Below are positions 29,140 to 41,800 of a stretch of DNA of 64,000 nucleotides, in pieces. The stretch lies in IMG/VR virus record IMGVR_UViG_3300032285_001177. One strand, written 5' to 3'. The notes under the pieces are model-generated. The model ran no database searches, was not told the origin of the DNA, and saw only the letters and a list, made by a program, of their open reading frames with translations. This DNA comes from a virus. Position 1 is the stretch's first letter. Every line of letters begins with the position of its first letter. The translations under genes and the position numbers were made by a program.

Positions 29140-32045
29140 TAAGCTTGAGCTTCAGTCCAAGAGATACGAGCGTTAATAAATCCGGTCGCACCTACAGGTG
29201 TTGCACAAATCGTTACGATATCAGGACCATCAGGATAGAATCCATAAGAACCTGTCGCACCTACTGGTACGTTGTTTGTTAAACCACCACCAACGATGGA
29301 GTTACCAAGGTCTCGAACTTGGTTAATATCTTGGGATGTTGCTGCACCAGTGTTAGTGTAGAAACCATAGATGTTTTCACCACCAGTAATAGTGTTAGCA
29401 GCACCAGTTGCACCAGTACTATGGAACGCGATCTGCGCTAAGCTTGAACCACCAACTGGAGTGAATGTATAACCAGCTACACCTGTTGCACCTTGGATCT
29501 TACCATTAAGGATCAAGTCGATCTTACATGGAGCGTTTGTTGTTACGCAATCTAAGCTTCGTAGTGTTAACTGCATACGATTAATGATCTCACGCGCGCC
29601 TAATACGCCCGTTAAACCTGAGTCAACTGAAGGAGCAAGTCTTAAGCTCATCAATGCATATCTTGTACCAGCTGTTAGACCACCAACTGTTGTTGCCATA
29701 GATGAGTTGAACACGAATGATTTATCGTCGTCATATCTACCGTCCATGATGATCGAAGAACCCCAATGAGATAATGTACTTGCATTTGCCGGAGCATATA
29801 GTGCCACTTGAACAGGAGCTGTACCACCTGGTAGATATGTTGTAGTACCAGTGATAGAGAACGTTGTAGCAGAAGCACCACCTGTTACACCACGACCAGA
29901 TACAACGAATGTTGTTGAAGTCTTAGAGCTGTATGTGATATACTCGATTGCGCCAGTAGTATTAGATGCTGCTGATAATACGATAGTACCTGAATCTGGG
30001 AAATCTGTCGTGCTAGCAACAACTACGTTAGAACCTGCACCAGCACTACTTGATAATGACGCTGTCAAGTATGTTGATGGTGGGATTGTAGATGTTTCAT
30101 AACGAGCAGGTAAGTTACCTGATCTCATGTAAGCACGATAGTTTACGTTGTTATTTGTGATACGATGACAATAGATTACTTCACCACGATTATTCTTGAA
30201 GCCAAAGCGGATCGCACCAGCACCATACCATGAATAATCCATGAACCACATCTGCATCTTAGTAAGGTCAAGGTTGAACTTAGATGCACCTGTACCATCA
30301 CACTTGTCGATGTTCCATGAACTTTGTGGGTATTTAGTTACTATAGTTTTAGTAACGACAGCATTAGTCACAGATGAACTACGATATTCAGGTAATATGT
30401 ATAGTTGTGTATCTGATGTGATAGATTGCACGATATATGATGTACCACGGATAACGATATTATCACCTGGTTTTAATTGTTGTGAGAACAATGTACCAGT
30501 TCCAGTAACAGATGCAGTACCATTGGTTGCAGATACTTTACCTGAGATCTGTTGTGTTGATGAACGACGACACGCGTTAATATTTTGACCATCGTATTCA
30601 AAGTAGAATCCATTTTGATGGTCAAACATACCAAGTCTATTTTGTGAACCATACCATGAATATGGACTTACTGTGATCGGGAAACTAGATGATCCTGTAC
30701 CCGCTGGAGTTGTTCCTGTCGCATCAAGTCTATTAGTTGTAACATATGTTAATGTGACACCGTCGGGAGTAGATACTACGGCATATCGACCATTGTATCC
30801 AGTTTCAGCACAACCTGCTACAACGATGATTGCACCGACAGCCATACCATGGTTTGTCTTAGTAGTAATAGTAACTGTTGAACCAGAGTTAGTTAATGAA
30901 TCAACTGCTAAAGCTGGTTTCAATACTGAACCGGTTGAAAATGAAATTGCCTTACCAGATTGGTAACGGAAGTAACGACGAGTTTGTCTAATTACTTGAT
31001 AACCATGATATGGTTGTACGTTACTGAACTGTACTCCACCATCAAATGCACGGTGTTCTACATAACCAAACGGTCTTGCGAAAAGCGTTGCAGTTGCACC
31101 AGCTGATGCTGTGACTGTAGTTGATGCAGTTGTGTTTGCAAAAGTAAACGTGTTTTGTGTAGGAGTTGTTGCAACTATCCAGTTACCGTTGATAGTAGAT
31201 ACGTTTGTTCCTAATAAGAAGAAAGTATCACCAACTTGTAAACCGTGAGCGTATGTTGTTGTAACTGTCCAAATACCTGATGATGTGAAAGATACTGCCG
31301 CACCAGCAGAAGCTGATACCGGAATACCTGCCCCAGTATAGTATTGGCCAATAAAGATATATGTCTTAGTAGCATCATAGATACTTGCACCGCCGCCAGG
31401 TGATGGTGCGTTTGTTGTAATGTATGAGAATGATGAAACAGATGATGCAGTAACCATGAACCAACCATCAGCGTCAGCAACGTCAGTAGTACCTTGAACG
31501 AAAATCACAGCTCCAACGCCGGGATTTGCAGCAGATGTTACTGTAACTGTTGTACCAGTAGAAGTTACCGCTGTAATAGTAAGTGGCGCTGTTACATCAT
31601 AGAACCATGTTGGACGGTTGTTGAACATATGTAATGATTCCCACTTTGTAGGCTGTGTGCCGTATTCAAAGTCGGTATCGATAAGAGCTTGCGGTTGTGA
31701 TGTTCTTATTTTATCATTACCATCACGATATGTTTCTGCTGGAACAAATTCTGTATAAGTCTCATCGTATAAGATAGATAACTTATCAGTTGAAGACATA
31801 CCCAATGTGTTATATTCTAGAGCGATAGAAGTAGTTTCTTGACCAGTCGTACTATCAATTGTATTAGTTATTGTACCACCTAATGCTGGATCAGAGAAGT
31901 TATAGATGATAGCACCAGTTGTTACGTTGGTGATCAATAATAATTGCTCTTGACGTAATGTTTTGCCAGTAACTACTATAGCTCCAGCAACATTAGACGC
32001 GCTCGGCGTAAAGGTATAAGCTTCAAGTATCGTGTGTTTTGCCAT
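29139..32045 (-). CDS. Large virion structural protein with lectin-like core and inserted small beta modules
   Basis: YTFTPS, LLLITNVT, SQPQALIDTDFEYGTQPTKWE, IRQTRRYFRYQSGK, DYSWYGAGAIRFG, YMRSGNLPARYE. Confidence 0.75.
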   Translation of the reverse strand: MAKHTILEAYTFTPSASNVAGAIVVTGKTLRQEQLLLITNVTTGAIIYNFSDPALGGTITNTIDSTTGQETTSIALEYNTLGMSSTDKLSILYDETYTEFVPAETYRDGNDKIRTSQPQALIDTDFEYGTQPTKWESLHMFNNRPTWFYDVTAPLTITAVTSTGTTVTVTSAANPGVGAVIFVQGTTDVADADGWFMVTASSVSSFSYITTNAPSPGGGASIYDATKTYIFIGQYYTGAGIPVSASAGAAVSFTSSGIWTVTTTYAHGLQVGDTFFLLGTNVSTINGNWIVATTPTQNTFTFANTTASTTVTASAGATATLFARPFGYVEHRAFDGGVQFSNVQPYHGYQVIRQTRRYFRYQSGKAISFSTGSVLKPALAVDSLTNSGSTVTITTKTNHGMAVGAIIVVAGCAETGYNGRYAVVSTPDGVTLTYVTTNRLDATGTTPAGTGSSSFPITVSPYSWYGSQNRLGMFDHQNGFYFEYDGQNINACRRSSTQQISGKVSATNGTASVTGTGTLFSQQLKPGDNIVIRGTSYIVQSITSDTQLYILPEYRSSSVTNAVVTKTIVTKYPQSSWNIDKCDGTGASKFNLDLTKMQMWFMDYSWYGAGAIRFGFKNNRGEVIYCHRITNNNVNYRAYMRSGNLPARYETSTIPPSTYLTASLSSSAGAGSNVVVASTTDFPDSGTIVLSAASNTTGAIEYITYSSKTSTTFVVSGRGVTGGASATTFSITGTTTYLPGGTAPVQVALYAPANASTLSHWGSSIIMDGRYDDDKSFVFNSSMATTVGGLTAGTRYALMSLRLAPSVDSGLTGVLGAREIINRMQLTLRSLDCVTTNAPCKIDLILNGKIQGATGVAGYTFTPVGGSSLAQIAFHSTGATGAANTITGGENIYGFYTNTGAATSQDINQVRDLGNSIVGGGLTNNVPVGATGSYGFYPDGPDIVTICATPVGATGFINARISWTEAQA

Positions 32046-32048
32046 TTT

Positions 32049-33014
32049 TTAATCTCCTAATGCGATGGTCATCGCTGAATATGGGTATTTCTTTGTTTGT
32101 ACATTACTATTGTTATTTATAACCATTAAAACTGAGTCTGATCCTGACTTGGGTGGAGTACTGAATACTACTTGCTGAACTCCGGTTGCTCCAGCCAATG
32201 CAAGTCTAAAGCTTCTGAATCCATAATTATTAACTTCAGTAATCCATGGATAAGTTATTTCCTTGATATATGGCTTATACATCAAACCGTTAACCACTAC
32301 TTGCAAGTTAACAGACGCTGATAGTGTAGTCACCGGTGTTGTATCTGTATATAGATAAAAAGCTGAATTCCTACCATCAAACTGGGTTGATATATCATTT
32401 AAGAAAGCTGGAGCAGGTATATCATTCACATAGCCTTGTGTGAGAGCTCCTGTTGCACCTGGACCCGTTGCTCCAGCTGGACCTGCTGCACCGCTAGCAC
32501 CTTGTGCACCTGTTGAACCAGCACTAAAACCTGATGCGCCTTGTACGCCTGAAGCACCCGCAGCACCAACTGTAGCAGATACTTGCCATGTAGTACCATC
32601 GTATAGCAAGTATACTAATACTCCACCAACGTTTAGAACTAAGTTAGTCGATTGTCCTTCAATCGTACTACCATTTTGTAGTACTGTTAGAGGGTATGTT
32701 GACCAGTTTGCTCCGTCTTGGATAACAACTACGTTACCTACAGTTGGACTAGCTGGTAATGTAACTTGGAAAGATCCACCAGATGTATCGATGATGTATT
32801 GAGCGTTAGCAGATAGAGTTGTAGCAGTTGTTATCTTTGTCCATGGGGCTACGATACCGGTTGCACCTGTTGCACCTGATGGGCCCGAAGCACCAGTAAT
32901 GCCAGTGGCACCACCAATACCTGATGCACCTTGTACACCAGTAGCACCAACACCGCTTGCGCCTCTAAACGCAACGGTATTTCCTAATATGTCTTCTATC
33001 GTTGTTGTTGCCAT
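32049..33014 (-). CDS. Collagen-like fibre protein with a gp9/gp10-like module
   Basis: Two short G-X-Y tracts flank DTSGGSFQVTLPASPTVG...YDGTTWQV; C-terminal LNDISTQFDG domain. Confidence 0.7.
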   Translation of the reverse strand: MATTTIEDILGNTVAFRGASGVGATGVQGASGIGGATGITGASGPSGATGATGIVAPWTKITTATTLSANAQYIIDTSGGSFQVTLPASPTVGNVVVIQDGANWSTYPLTVLQNGSTIEGQSTNLVLNVGGVLVYLLYDGTTWQVSATVGAAGASGVQGASGFSAGSTGAQGASGAAGPAGATGPGATGALTQGYVNDIPAPAFLNDISTQFDGRNSAFYLYTDTTPVTTLSASVNLQVVVNGLMYKPYIKEITYPWITEVNNYGFRSFRLALAGATGVQQVVFSTPPKSGSDSVLMVINNNSNVQTKKYPYSAMTIALGD

Positions 33015-33038
33015 TTTAGCTCTTAGTTATGTTCTCTA

Positions 33039-33046
33039 TATTTATG
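33039..33046 (-). promoter_or_regulatory. Late promoter variant CATAAATA
   Basis: Intergenic 7/8 match upstream of 32049..33014. Confidence 0.55.
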
Positions 33047-33048
33047 GT

Positions 33049-34023
33049 TTAAAATAATGCAAAAAAGTTTGGGTTGTTAGTATCGTACTTGAATACGATA
33101 ATACCTTGTGCTCCAGGATTTGATGTAGATCCTGCTGCAGAACCTCCACCACCGCCGCCATATAAACCACCAGCTTTACCACCATTGACTGTACCAGTTG
33201 CTATACCACCAGTACCTCCTCCTGGACCTAGTGTAGTACCAGTTCCGGTTGTATTTGGATATACTGATCCAGTCCATATACTTCCAGCGCCAGCTGCACC
33301 CGCGGCTGTATTTGTTGTTGCGAAACCACCACCACCACCGCCGCCATTTGCACCCGCGCCTGCCGCAGCCCCCGTTGTTGCTCCGCTTCCACTAGTTTGT
33401 CCGGATACTGCACCACCAGCACCGCCAGCAGCTACTAAACCATTTGCGCCAGTTCCTCCAGCTGAAGTAAGTGTAGCACCGCCTCCACCGCCTCCACCAC
33501 CACCACCAGCAACTGTATATCCATCACCGCCATTACCGCCAGCTCCGCCAGGTCCGGCTGCTCCGCCTGATCCTCCTCGCAATTGAGTAACTGTTTGTAC
33601 ACCAGAATTTCCTCCTGAGTATACTGTATCACCTACGCATGATGCGGCTTGTCCACCAAGAGTTGCTGCAACACCTAAAGTGTTTCCAGCACCGCCCGAA
33701 CCGCCTTTAGCTAAAGTTCCAGTTGATAATGTAGGAGTTGCAGATCCAAACCATGTGTCTCCACCTGCATTTCCAGCAGTTGTTCCTGATCCAGCACCAC
33801 CCGCACCAACACTAACACTAATGTTAGTTCCTGGACCCCAACCAGAAGTTGAAATAGTAGTGCCTTTAGCATAAGCTCCACCACCTCCGCCATATCCATT
33901 AGCACCATTACTACCAGAACCACCACCGCCAATACATTCAACCGAAATAAACTTACCAAAATCAGTAGGTAAAGTAAATGTACTTGCTCCAGTTGTGGTT
34001 ATGAATATTGTTTTTGTAGCCAT
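33049..34023 (-). CDS. Glycine-rich adhesin-like virion protein
   Basis: VECIGGGGSG...GGGGGAYAK...GGDTWFG...GAQGIIVFKY, with long polyglycine runs. Confidence 0.72.
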   Translation of the reverse strand: MATKTIFITTTGASTFTLPTDFGKFISVECIGGGGSGSNGANGYGGGGGAYAKGTTISTSGWGPGTNISVSVGAGGAGSGTTAGNAGGDTWFGSATPTLSTGTLAKGGSGGAGNTLGVAATLGGQAASCVGDTVYSGGNSGVQTVTQLRGGSGGAAGPGGAGGNGGDGYTVAGGGGGGGGGGATLTSAGGTGANGLVAAGGAGGAVSGQTSGSGATTGAAAGAGANGGGGGGGFATTNTAAGAAGAGSIWTGSVYPNTTGTGTTLGPGGGTGGIATGTVNGGKAGGLYGGGGGGSAAGSTSNPGAQGIIVFKYDTNNPNFFALF

Positions 34024-34024
34024 A

Positions 34025-37000
34025 TTAAGCTTGTGTTGCTGATGCTACTACATCCCATGAGAATGTATTTGAGTTCCATATAGCACCAATATATTGGTAC
34101 TTATTAATAACAGTGGTTGATGGTAATGATGTTCCAAGAGGAGCAAAATATCCAGTTGCACCAGTTGCACCAGAATAAGTTATTGCACGAGCTGTACCAT
34201 TGTCTTTGATCCTTATAAACAATCTTTGACCATTTGCAGGAGTTCCAGATTCATTAGCAACAGCTAATGCATTGCCTAATGCTGTGATATCATAGAAGTC
34301 ATAGCTGTTAGCGTTAGGAGTTAAAGTAGAAGGAGATGTTGCTCCGCTAACTCTTACTGTACCATATACCCCAGTTGAACCTGATGCACCTTGAATACCT
34401 GTAGCACCTGTTGCACCTGAAGCACCTTGTACACCTTGAGAACCTGTCGGTCCTGTTGTACCTGAAGCTCCTTGAACACCTTGTAAACCAGTTGAACCTG
34501 ATGCACCTTGTATACCTGTTGCACCGCTTGCTCCAAGTGGACCGGTTGAACCAGTTGAACCTTTAACACCCTGTGGTCCTAAGTTTGCAGATACTCTCCA
34601 TGTAGAACCATCGTATACTAACCTTACAAATATCTGATCGATATCTATAACTAAGTCGTTAGCTGCACCTTGGATCGTTGATCCGTTTCTAAGTACTGTT
34701 AATGGGTTTGTAAAGAAGCTTGCTGCATCTTGGATCTCGATCGCATAACCAGTTGTTGGTGATGCCGGTAATGACACGCTGAATGCACCACTTGTAGTAT
34801 TAGCGATGTATCTTGTACCGCTTACTATACCAGTTGCACCAGTTAAGTTTGTCCATATTGTGATTAGACCAGTCGCACCAGTTAAACCTGTTGAACCTGA
34901 CGCACCTTGGAAACCAGTTGCACCTGATGCACCAGTTAAACCTGAAGCACCAAATATACCTGTAGAACCAGATGCACCTTGGAAACCAGTTGCACCTGAG
35001 GCGCCTTGGTTACCGATGTTGGCATATACTTGCCATGTACCTTGACTATAGATTAAGTTAAGGATTACATTTGGCACATCGCACACCAGATCTGTAGCAG
35101 ATCCTTCGATCGTTGAACCATTACGTGCTAACGTTAAGTTCTTTGTAGCCCAATTATTACCATCTGCAATAACTACCCAATCGCCGTTTGCTGGTGATGC
35201 AGGTAATGTAATAGTAAACGGTGCAGATGTTGTGTCTGCAATGATATAATCTTTATTAACTGCAGTGTATGTTGTTGTCTTAATTAAGTATGATGAGATA
35301 AGACCAGTAGCACCAGTTAAGCCTGTTGAACCACTTGCACCTTGTAAACCTTGGATGCCTGATGCACCACTTGCACCTGAAGCGCCTTGGATACCTTGAG
35401 TACCAGTTGCTCCGCTAGCTCCGCTAGTTCCACTCGCGCCTTGAATACCTTGAGAACCTGTAGCACCTGACGCACCTTGAGGACCTGTTGTACCTACGTT
35501 ACCTTGAGTTCCTTGAGGACCAGTTGAACCTACATTACCTGTAATACCGGTTGCACCGCTTGCACCTTGTACACCACTTGCTCCAGTAATACCTGTAGAA
35601 CCACTAGCACCTTGTACACCTGAAGAACCTTGGATACCAGTTGAGCCTGAAGCTCCTTGAACACCGCTTGAACCTTGGATACCAGTTGAACCTGATGCAC
35701 CTTGTACACCGCTTGAACCTTGGATACCAGTGGATCCACTCGCACCTTGAACACCTGTTGAGCCATTAACTCCGCTTGCACCAGTAATACCAGTTGAACC
35801 TGATGCACCTTGTACACCAGTTGAACCACTAATACCTTGTAAACCTGTTGAACCTGATGCACCTTGGAAACCTGTGGCACCTGTTGATCCAGTTTGACCT
35901 GTTGCTCCGCTAATACCTGTTGCACCTTGTACACCTACTGCACCGTCAAGGTTGACTGACCATGTATTGTATGTACCAGAACCTACAACTCCTGTACGCG
36001 TAAGGTTAAGTGCACCAGTTCCAGATGTGTATGAATCTACGTTTGCATATTGTAAGTTGGACGCGTCGTACGCGATGACTACTGATTGACCAACAGAATA
36101 ACTTAATCCAGTAGGGACAGAGATTCCGGTTGCACCAGAACCAGCAAGCGTCATTGAAGATGTTGAAGTTGTTTGGTACTTATCACCGTTTGAACCAGCT
36201 GTACCTGTTGCGCCCGGTAAACCAGTTGAACCTGAAGCACCTTGTGCACCTGTTGAACCGCGTGGACCTGCAGGACCTTGACCACCTTGGATAGAGTCAA
36301 CGATCGCTATGTAATCGATATTTGTTTGATGTGATGCATTACCAGTGTTTGAGTGGTATAGTCTTAGATCTACTGCTCCACCCATTCCAGCATTAACATA
36401 ATTGGTGGATGAGATAACTGCTAGTTCAAATTGGTAGTAACCACCTAAACCGCTATAAGACCCAATATTATCCCAGTTACCGGTATTCCAGTTCCATAAC
36501 TGAACATAGATCGTATGGCCAGAATTTTGTGTATATTGGATGTTGAGGTCGACAAGGTTGAACTTCTCTACACCTGTGAAACTTACTTGGAATATCCATG
36601 CTGGACCAGTTCCAGTACCATCCGTTAAGATGTATTGATTACCATCATTAAAGCTTTGAATATCTGTAACAGAGCCTGAAACATATACACCGTTTGTTAA
36701 GCTAACAGAAGTTGCACCGTATATAGTGACCGCAGGAGCAGGACCAGTAGCACCAGTATAACCTGTTGCACCACTTGCACCAGTAATACCTGATGCACCA
36801 AATACACCCGTCGCACCAGTTAAACCTGTCGAACCAGATGCTCCATTAATACCAGTGGCACCTGAAGCACCTTGATAACCAGTTGCACCTGTGGCACCAG
36901 TTAAACCTGAAGCGCCGAATACACCAGTTGAACCTGATGCACCTTGGATACCTGTAGAACCTGAGGCACCTTGGAAACCAGTTGCACCTGATGAACCTTG

Positions 37001-38779
37001 GTAACCTGTGGCACCGGTAGAACCTTGTGGACCAGTTGAACCAGTCGCACCACGAATACCTGTAGCACCTGTAGCACCTTGATTGCCTGTGGCTCCTGAT
37101 GCACCTTGAATACCCTGTTCACCTGTTGCACCAGTTTCTCCAGTAGAACCTGAAGCACCTTGAATACCTTGTGTTCCTTGAACACCTTGTGGACCAGTAG
37201 CACCTGAAGCACCAGTATCTCCTGTTTGACCAGTTGCGCCTTGTACACCTTGAACGCCAGTTGCACCATCATTACCTTGAATGCCTGTTGCACCTGTACG
37301 ACCTTGAATACCTGTAGCACCACCAAAACCAGTGGCACCCGAAGCACCGTTGATACCAGTAGCACCAGCAGTACCTGTTGAACCGTATACACCGGTTGAA
37401 CCACCGATACCTGTTGCACCAGTATAACCAGTCGCCCCACTAATACCTGTAGCACCAGTTAATCCAGTTGAACCACTTGCACCAATTAATGTATATGTTA
37501 CCTGTGATGCAGAAATTTCAATTGCTGGTGCTGCTGGGTAAGCACCACTTGCACCGGTGGCGCCAACACCTGGTAAATTTTCAAGACTTACTGTATTCTT
37601 TTCAACGTTTAACCAGAACTCAATATAATCACCCGCCGCATAGCTGTCAACATACGTGCGCGAACTGATCGTCTGACCTGCCACGCCTCCAGGTCCACCG
37701 GTTTTAGGTTGAACGGATACTTGTGAAGTTGAAAGTGGTACAGCATTTCCATTAAGTTTTACAAATATATTTGCATTTTGTGGTGAACCATCTGTGTTAA
37801 GCAGTTGTGCAGAAAATGATACTTGATAAGTACCAGCATTTGCAAATGTTAATCTTGTTGGTACTCCTGATCCATTATTTGTAATGGATACACCATTGGA
37901 TTCCCTTGTACCATCAATTGGTATGACATAATTTATGTCTTTAGTGCTTGGAGCTACAGCAGTTTGGCTATAGAAGTCACCATAGTATGCTACCGTTCCA
38001 CCAACACCTGGAGAACCAGTCGCACCAGCTTGACCTACTGCACCATCAAGGTTGACTTCCCATGTTGAGTATGTACCTGAACCTTGAACTGAAGTTCTAG
38101 TAATTGCCAATGCACCAGTAACTTCGTCATAACTAACTACTTGTGCATGTTGATGATTTGCATAGTCATGCGCGATGATGATACTTTGACCAATAGTATA
38201 GTCAAGGTATGTATCTACTACGATGCCTGTTGCGCCGCTTGCTGCTAGAGTTAATGTGGAAGTTGATGTGGTGTTGTAGATGTTACCGTTGATACCTGAG
38301 GCACCAACACCGGTAGCACCTGTTAAACCCGTTGAACCTGATGCACCTTGGAAACCTGTGGCACCGGTTGCACCGGATAACCCAGTTGAACCTGAAGCAC
38401 CTTGAGTACCGGTGGATCCACTAGCACCTTGATAACCTTGAGAGCCTGAAGCTCCTTGAAGACCTTGAACACCGGTGGCACCTACATCACCGGTAAAACC
38501 TGTTGCACCATCATTACCTTGGATACCTGTTGCACCACGGATACCCGTAGAACCTGAAGCACCTTGGATACCTTGTAAACCAGTAGAACCTGAAGCGCCT
38601 TGATGACCTGTAGCTCCTGATGCACCTTGGAAACCAGTCGCGCCTGATGCGCCGGATGCACCTGTGAGGGTGCCAGTGGCACCTATCCACTCGCCTTGAT
38701 CGTTGATTACATCAATTGGTCCCGATGATCCAACGCTGAGACCATTCTTTACGTTGAACGTTTTATTACTTGTAGCCAA
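34025..38779 (-). CDS. Collagen-like fibre (1584 aa) with a C1q/BclA-CTD-like domain and two gp9/gp10-like modules
   Basis: TTG start; N-terminal [10 protein letters not shown]; long G-X-Y tracts; YYGDFYS...[14 protein letters not shown]...AGDYIEFW at about 37500-37990. Confidence 0.8.
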   Translation of the reverse strand: MATSNKTFNVKNGLSVGSSGPIDVINDQGEWIGATGTLTGASGASGATGFQGASGATGHQGASGSTGLQGIQGASGSTGIRGATGIQGNDGATGFTGDVGATGVQGLQGASGSQGYQGASGSTGTQGASGSTGLSGATGATGFQGASGSTGLTGATGVGASGINGNIYNTTSTSTLTLAASGATGIVVDTYLDYTIGQSIIIAHDYANHQHAQVVSYDEVTGALAITRTSVQGSGTYSTWEVNLDGAVGQAGATGSPGVGGTVAYYGDFYSQTAVAPSTKDINYVIPIDGTRESNGVSITNNGSGVPTRLTFANAGTYQVSFSAQLLNTDGSPQNANIFVKLNGNAVPLSTSQVSVQPKTGGPGGVAGQTISSRTYVDSYAAGDYIEFWLNVEKNTVSLENLPGVGATGASGAYPAAPAIEISASQVTYTLIGASGSTGLTGATGISGATGYTGATGIGGSTGVYGSTGTAGATGINGASGATGFGGATGIQGRTGATGIQGNDGATGVQGVQGATGQTGDTGASGATGPQGVQGTQGIQGASGSTGETGATGEQGIQGASGATGNQGATGATGIRGATGSTGPQGSTGATGYQGSSGATGFQGASGSTGIQGASGSTGVFGASGLTGATGATGYQGASGATGINGASGSTGLTGATGVFGASGITGASGATGYTGATGPAPAVTIYGATSVSLTNGVYVSGSVTDIQSFNDGNQYILTDGTGTGPAWIFQVSFTGVEKFNLVDLNIQYTQNSGHTIYVQLWNWNTGNWDNIGSYSGLGGYYQFELAVISSTNYVNAGMGGAVDLRLYHSNTGNASHQTNIDYIAIVDSIQGGQGPAGPRGSTGAQGASGSTGLPGATGTAGSNGDKYQTTSTSSMTLAGSGATGISVPTGLSYSVGQSVVIAYDASNLQYANVDSYTSGTGALNLTRTGVVGSGTYNTWSVNLDGAVGVQGATGISGATGQTGSTGATGFQGASGSTGLQGISGSTGVQGASGSTGITGASGVNGSTGVQGASGSTGIQGSSGVQGASGSTGIQGSSGVQGASGSTGIQGSSGVQGASGSTGITGASGVQGASGATGITGNVGSTGPQGTQGNVGTTGPQGASGATGSQGIQGASGTSGASGATGTQGIQGASGASGASGIQGLQGASGSTGLTGATGLISSYLIKTTTYTAVNKDYIIADTTSAPFTITLPASPANGDWVVIADGNNWATKNLTLARNGSTIEGSATDLVCDVPNVILNLIYSQGTWQVYANIGNQGASGATGFQGASGSTGIFGASGLTGASGATGFQGASGSTGLTGATGLITIWTNLTGATGIVSGTRYIANTTSGAFSVSLPASPTTGYAIEIQDAASFFTNPLTVLRNGSTIQGAANDLVIDIDQIFVRLVYDGSTWRVSANLGPQGVKGSTGSTGPLGASGATGIQGASGSTGLQGVQGASGTTGPTGSQGVQGASGATGATGIQGASGSTGVYGTVRVSGATSPSTLTPNANSYDFYDITALGNALAVANESGTPANGQRLFIRIKDNGTARAITYSGATGATGYFAPLGTSLPSTTVINKYQYIGAIWNSNTFSWDVVASATQA

Positions 38780-38818
38780 GGTTCACTGTCCCCTAGGTTT
38801 ATGTGATTACGATATATC

Positions 38819-38826
38819 TATTTATT
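38819..38826 (-). promoter_or_regulatory. Late promoter variant AATAAATA
   Basis: 7/8 match at the end of the upstream gene, 39 nt before the TTG start. Confidence 0.5.
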
Positions 38827-41800
38827 AGTATCCGTAGGTGATCTTATTTAAGTCGTCCCTTGAAGTAAAGTTTCCGTTAATAGTAACAACTGTTAATACT
38901 GCACCGTCCCAAGCAACTACATAACCATTTGCTGGGTTTTGCGGACCAATACCGGCAGAATCAAACGTGATGTTTGTATTATTTGCAGCAAGTGTAGCAA
39001 AGTCAATTGTATCATACCAGTAATCGCTTGGATAGATGTATGCTTGACCATTTGGTATAGAATTAACATCAGCATGATCTCGTGAACTAAACAAGTATGT
39101 GCCAGAAGGATCATATATTGTTGTACCACCTATACGACTCTTAACACCTTCTCTTTGCCATGTAATATCAGTACCTGAAACTGTTGGAGTTACCTTTAAT
39201 GATACTACAGAACCGTCTGTAGTTGCTGTAACTGACATAACGTTATGACCAGTTGCCCCAGTTCTTAATGTTGCATACTCTGTCATGTATACACCGTCTG
39301 CATTTTGTGTTAGGATAACTTCTGTTGCTTGTACGTTAGTTCCTTCTACACCTTGAACGATATACTTAACTGTACCTTGATCATTAGATTGGAACCTATC
39401 AACTGTTTGCTGAGATGTACCGCTCAATCCTGTTGTACCAGTTATGAAGCCATAACCTTTTACACCTAAGAAGCCTGTAGCACCGTCAAGACCAACTGTA
39501 CCAGTTGAACCTGAAGCTCCTTGAGTACCTGTTGCACCTTGGTAACCTGTAGCACCTTGATCGCCGTCTACACCAGATGCACCGTCAATACCTGCGGCAC
39601 CACTAGCACCTTGATAACCATCTGCACCGCTAGCACCTTGGTAACCATCATTTTCTGCTGGACCAAAACCTTCGATAACAATGCTTGCACCTGGAGGTAT
39701 AGCACCAAGAGTTACAGGATAGTCTGTAAAATTAAGCATTGAGTATTCATTATTATTCTCAATGTAATTATAAACGGTGTATGTATGACCGCCATAAGTT
39801 ACGGTCATTCCTGGAGCAATACCAGATATAGGACCATTAACCCTTAAGAAACTGCCCATTAATGTTGGGTATTCTAACCAAGCATTGTCTAGACCAGTAT
39901 AACCACCAAATGATGAGACTGTAACATTGATAGAATTATATGCTGCACCGTTACCACCAGTGTAACCACGAGTACCGCTTATACCGCTTGCGCCAAATAT
40001 ACCAGTAGCACCTGATGCACCAATCCAACCTACTGCACCATCAAGGTTAACTATCCAACCACTAACTCCTGTTGCATTTCCGTATGACGCAGTTACTTCT
40101 ACATCAATTCCACTACCACCACCAATGACGTTAGTAATATCAGCAACCATATAGTTGTTGATATCTTTAGCTATGATAACTGATTGACCAGTTGAGTAAT
40201 TATAAGTTGTAGCACCAGTATCTGGATCTGCTAAGAATGGTATAGTTATAGGAGTACCTATAGCATATACTGAGAAGTTTCCATCAGCTGTTGCTTTGAA
40301 TTGTAGACCGCTATAACCTGTAGCACCTGTTATACCAGAAGCACCATCGATACCTGCGGCACCGCTTGCTCCATCTATACCAGCCGCTCCTATATAACCG
40401 GTTTCGCCTTGAGCACCAGAAGCACCGTCAATACCAGCAGCTCCACTAGCACCATCGATACCAGAAGCACCTGAAGCACCATCTATACCTTGAGCGCCTG
40501 ATGCACCATCAACACCTACTGGACCAGTAGATCCATTAATGCCTGAAGCACCTGATGCACCAGCCCAAGCTGTCCATGCCCAATATTCTGGATAACTATC
40601 TGGGTAAAGTCCTGTATTTTCTACTAAACATCTATGTGAATCAGCAGGCATAGTAACTACTATATCACCTGGATAGTATGTTGTACCTACATCCCATAAG
40701 CCGCGTGGATTACCAGTAGTGAGTTGGTCTGCATCGTAACCAGCGTTACCATCAGGACCTTGTACACCATCTGCACCAGAAGCACCTTGAATACCTGTGT
40801 TTGTTGGTGCACCATTACCTAAGTATGTGTATCCACTTGGAACATCATACTGAGGAGTAGTTATTAATTCAAATACAGCACCATCGAGTGTGCTTACTGC
40901 TGGATAACTATGTGGTTGAGCTAATAAGAATGGTGAACCGTTAGTATTAGTTGCGGGATCTCCGCCTTTTGACCATGCTCCACCGTTAACTCTTGCCCAG
41001 AAGTATCCAGTATTATAATTAACTGCAACTTCTACTAAATCACCAACACCCCAACTAATACCTAATGCATCTGTTTGTGCACCGTTTGTGTAAACAGCAC
41101 CATCTTGTTGGAATCCTTGTGATTGATTATCATACATTCCTAACGCATTATTGACATCAATGCCAGATGTTCCTAAGCCAATGCGATTAGTAGTAGCAGG
41201 TATATCAGCATCTAACCTTACACCAAACATACTTAAACCAGAGTTGGCGTATGTTGCCATTTCAGCAGTACCTATTGCTGATTCAATATAACCAACTGTA
41301 CCACTTAATATTGTATTTGTGCCGTTACTGCCGCTTGAAATTGTTTGATGGGCTCCGTAATGACCATAACTTGTATCAAATTGAACTGCTGAGGATGAAC
41401 CATCACCACCTTGTGCACCAGTAGCACCAGTGTAACCTGTAGCGCCATCGATACCTTGATAACCTTGATCGCCTTCATCACCTTGTGAACCTTGAGAACC
41501 TGTAGCGCCTTGTACACCGTCAGCGCCAGAAGCACCATCTATACCTTGAGCACCACTTGCTCCATCGATGCCTGCAGCACCAGTTGCACCTTGTACACCA
41601 TCTGCACCAGAAGCGCCTTGATAACCTTGTTCGCCATCAGCACCTGTAGCACCTTGAATACCTGTTGCGCCTTGATAACCTTGTGCGCCTGTAGCACCTG
41701 TAGCGCCATCTTGACCAGTTACACCTGAGGCACCAACTTGTCCTTCTGCACCGTCAAGGTTAATTTCCCATGAACTTGCAGAACCTGTACCTACGTGATC

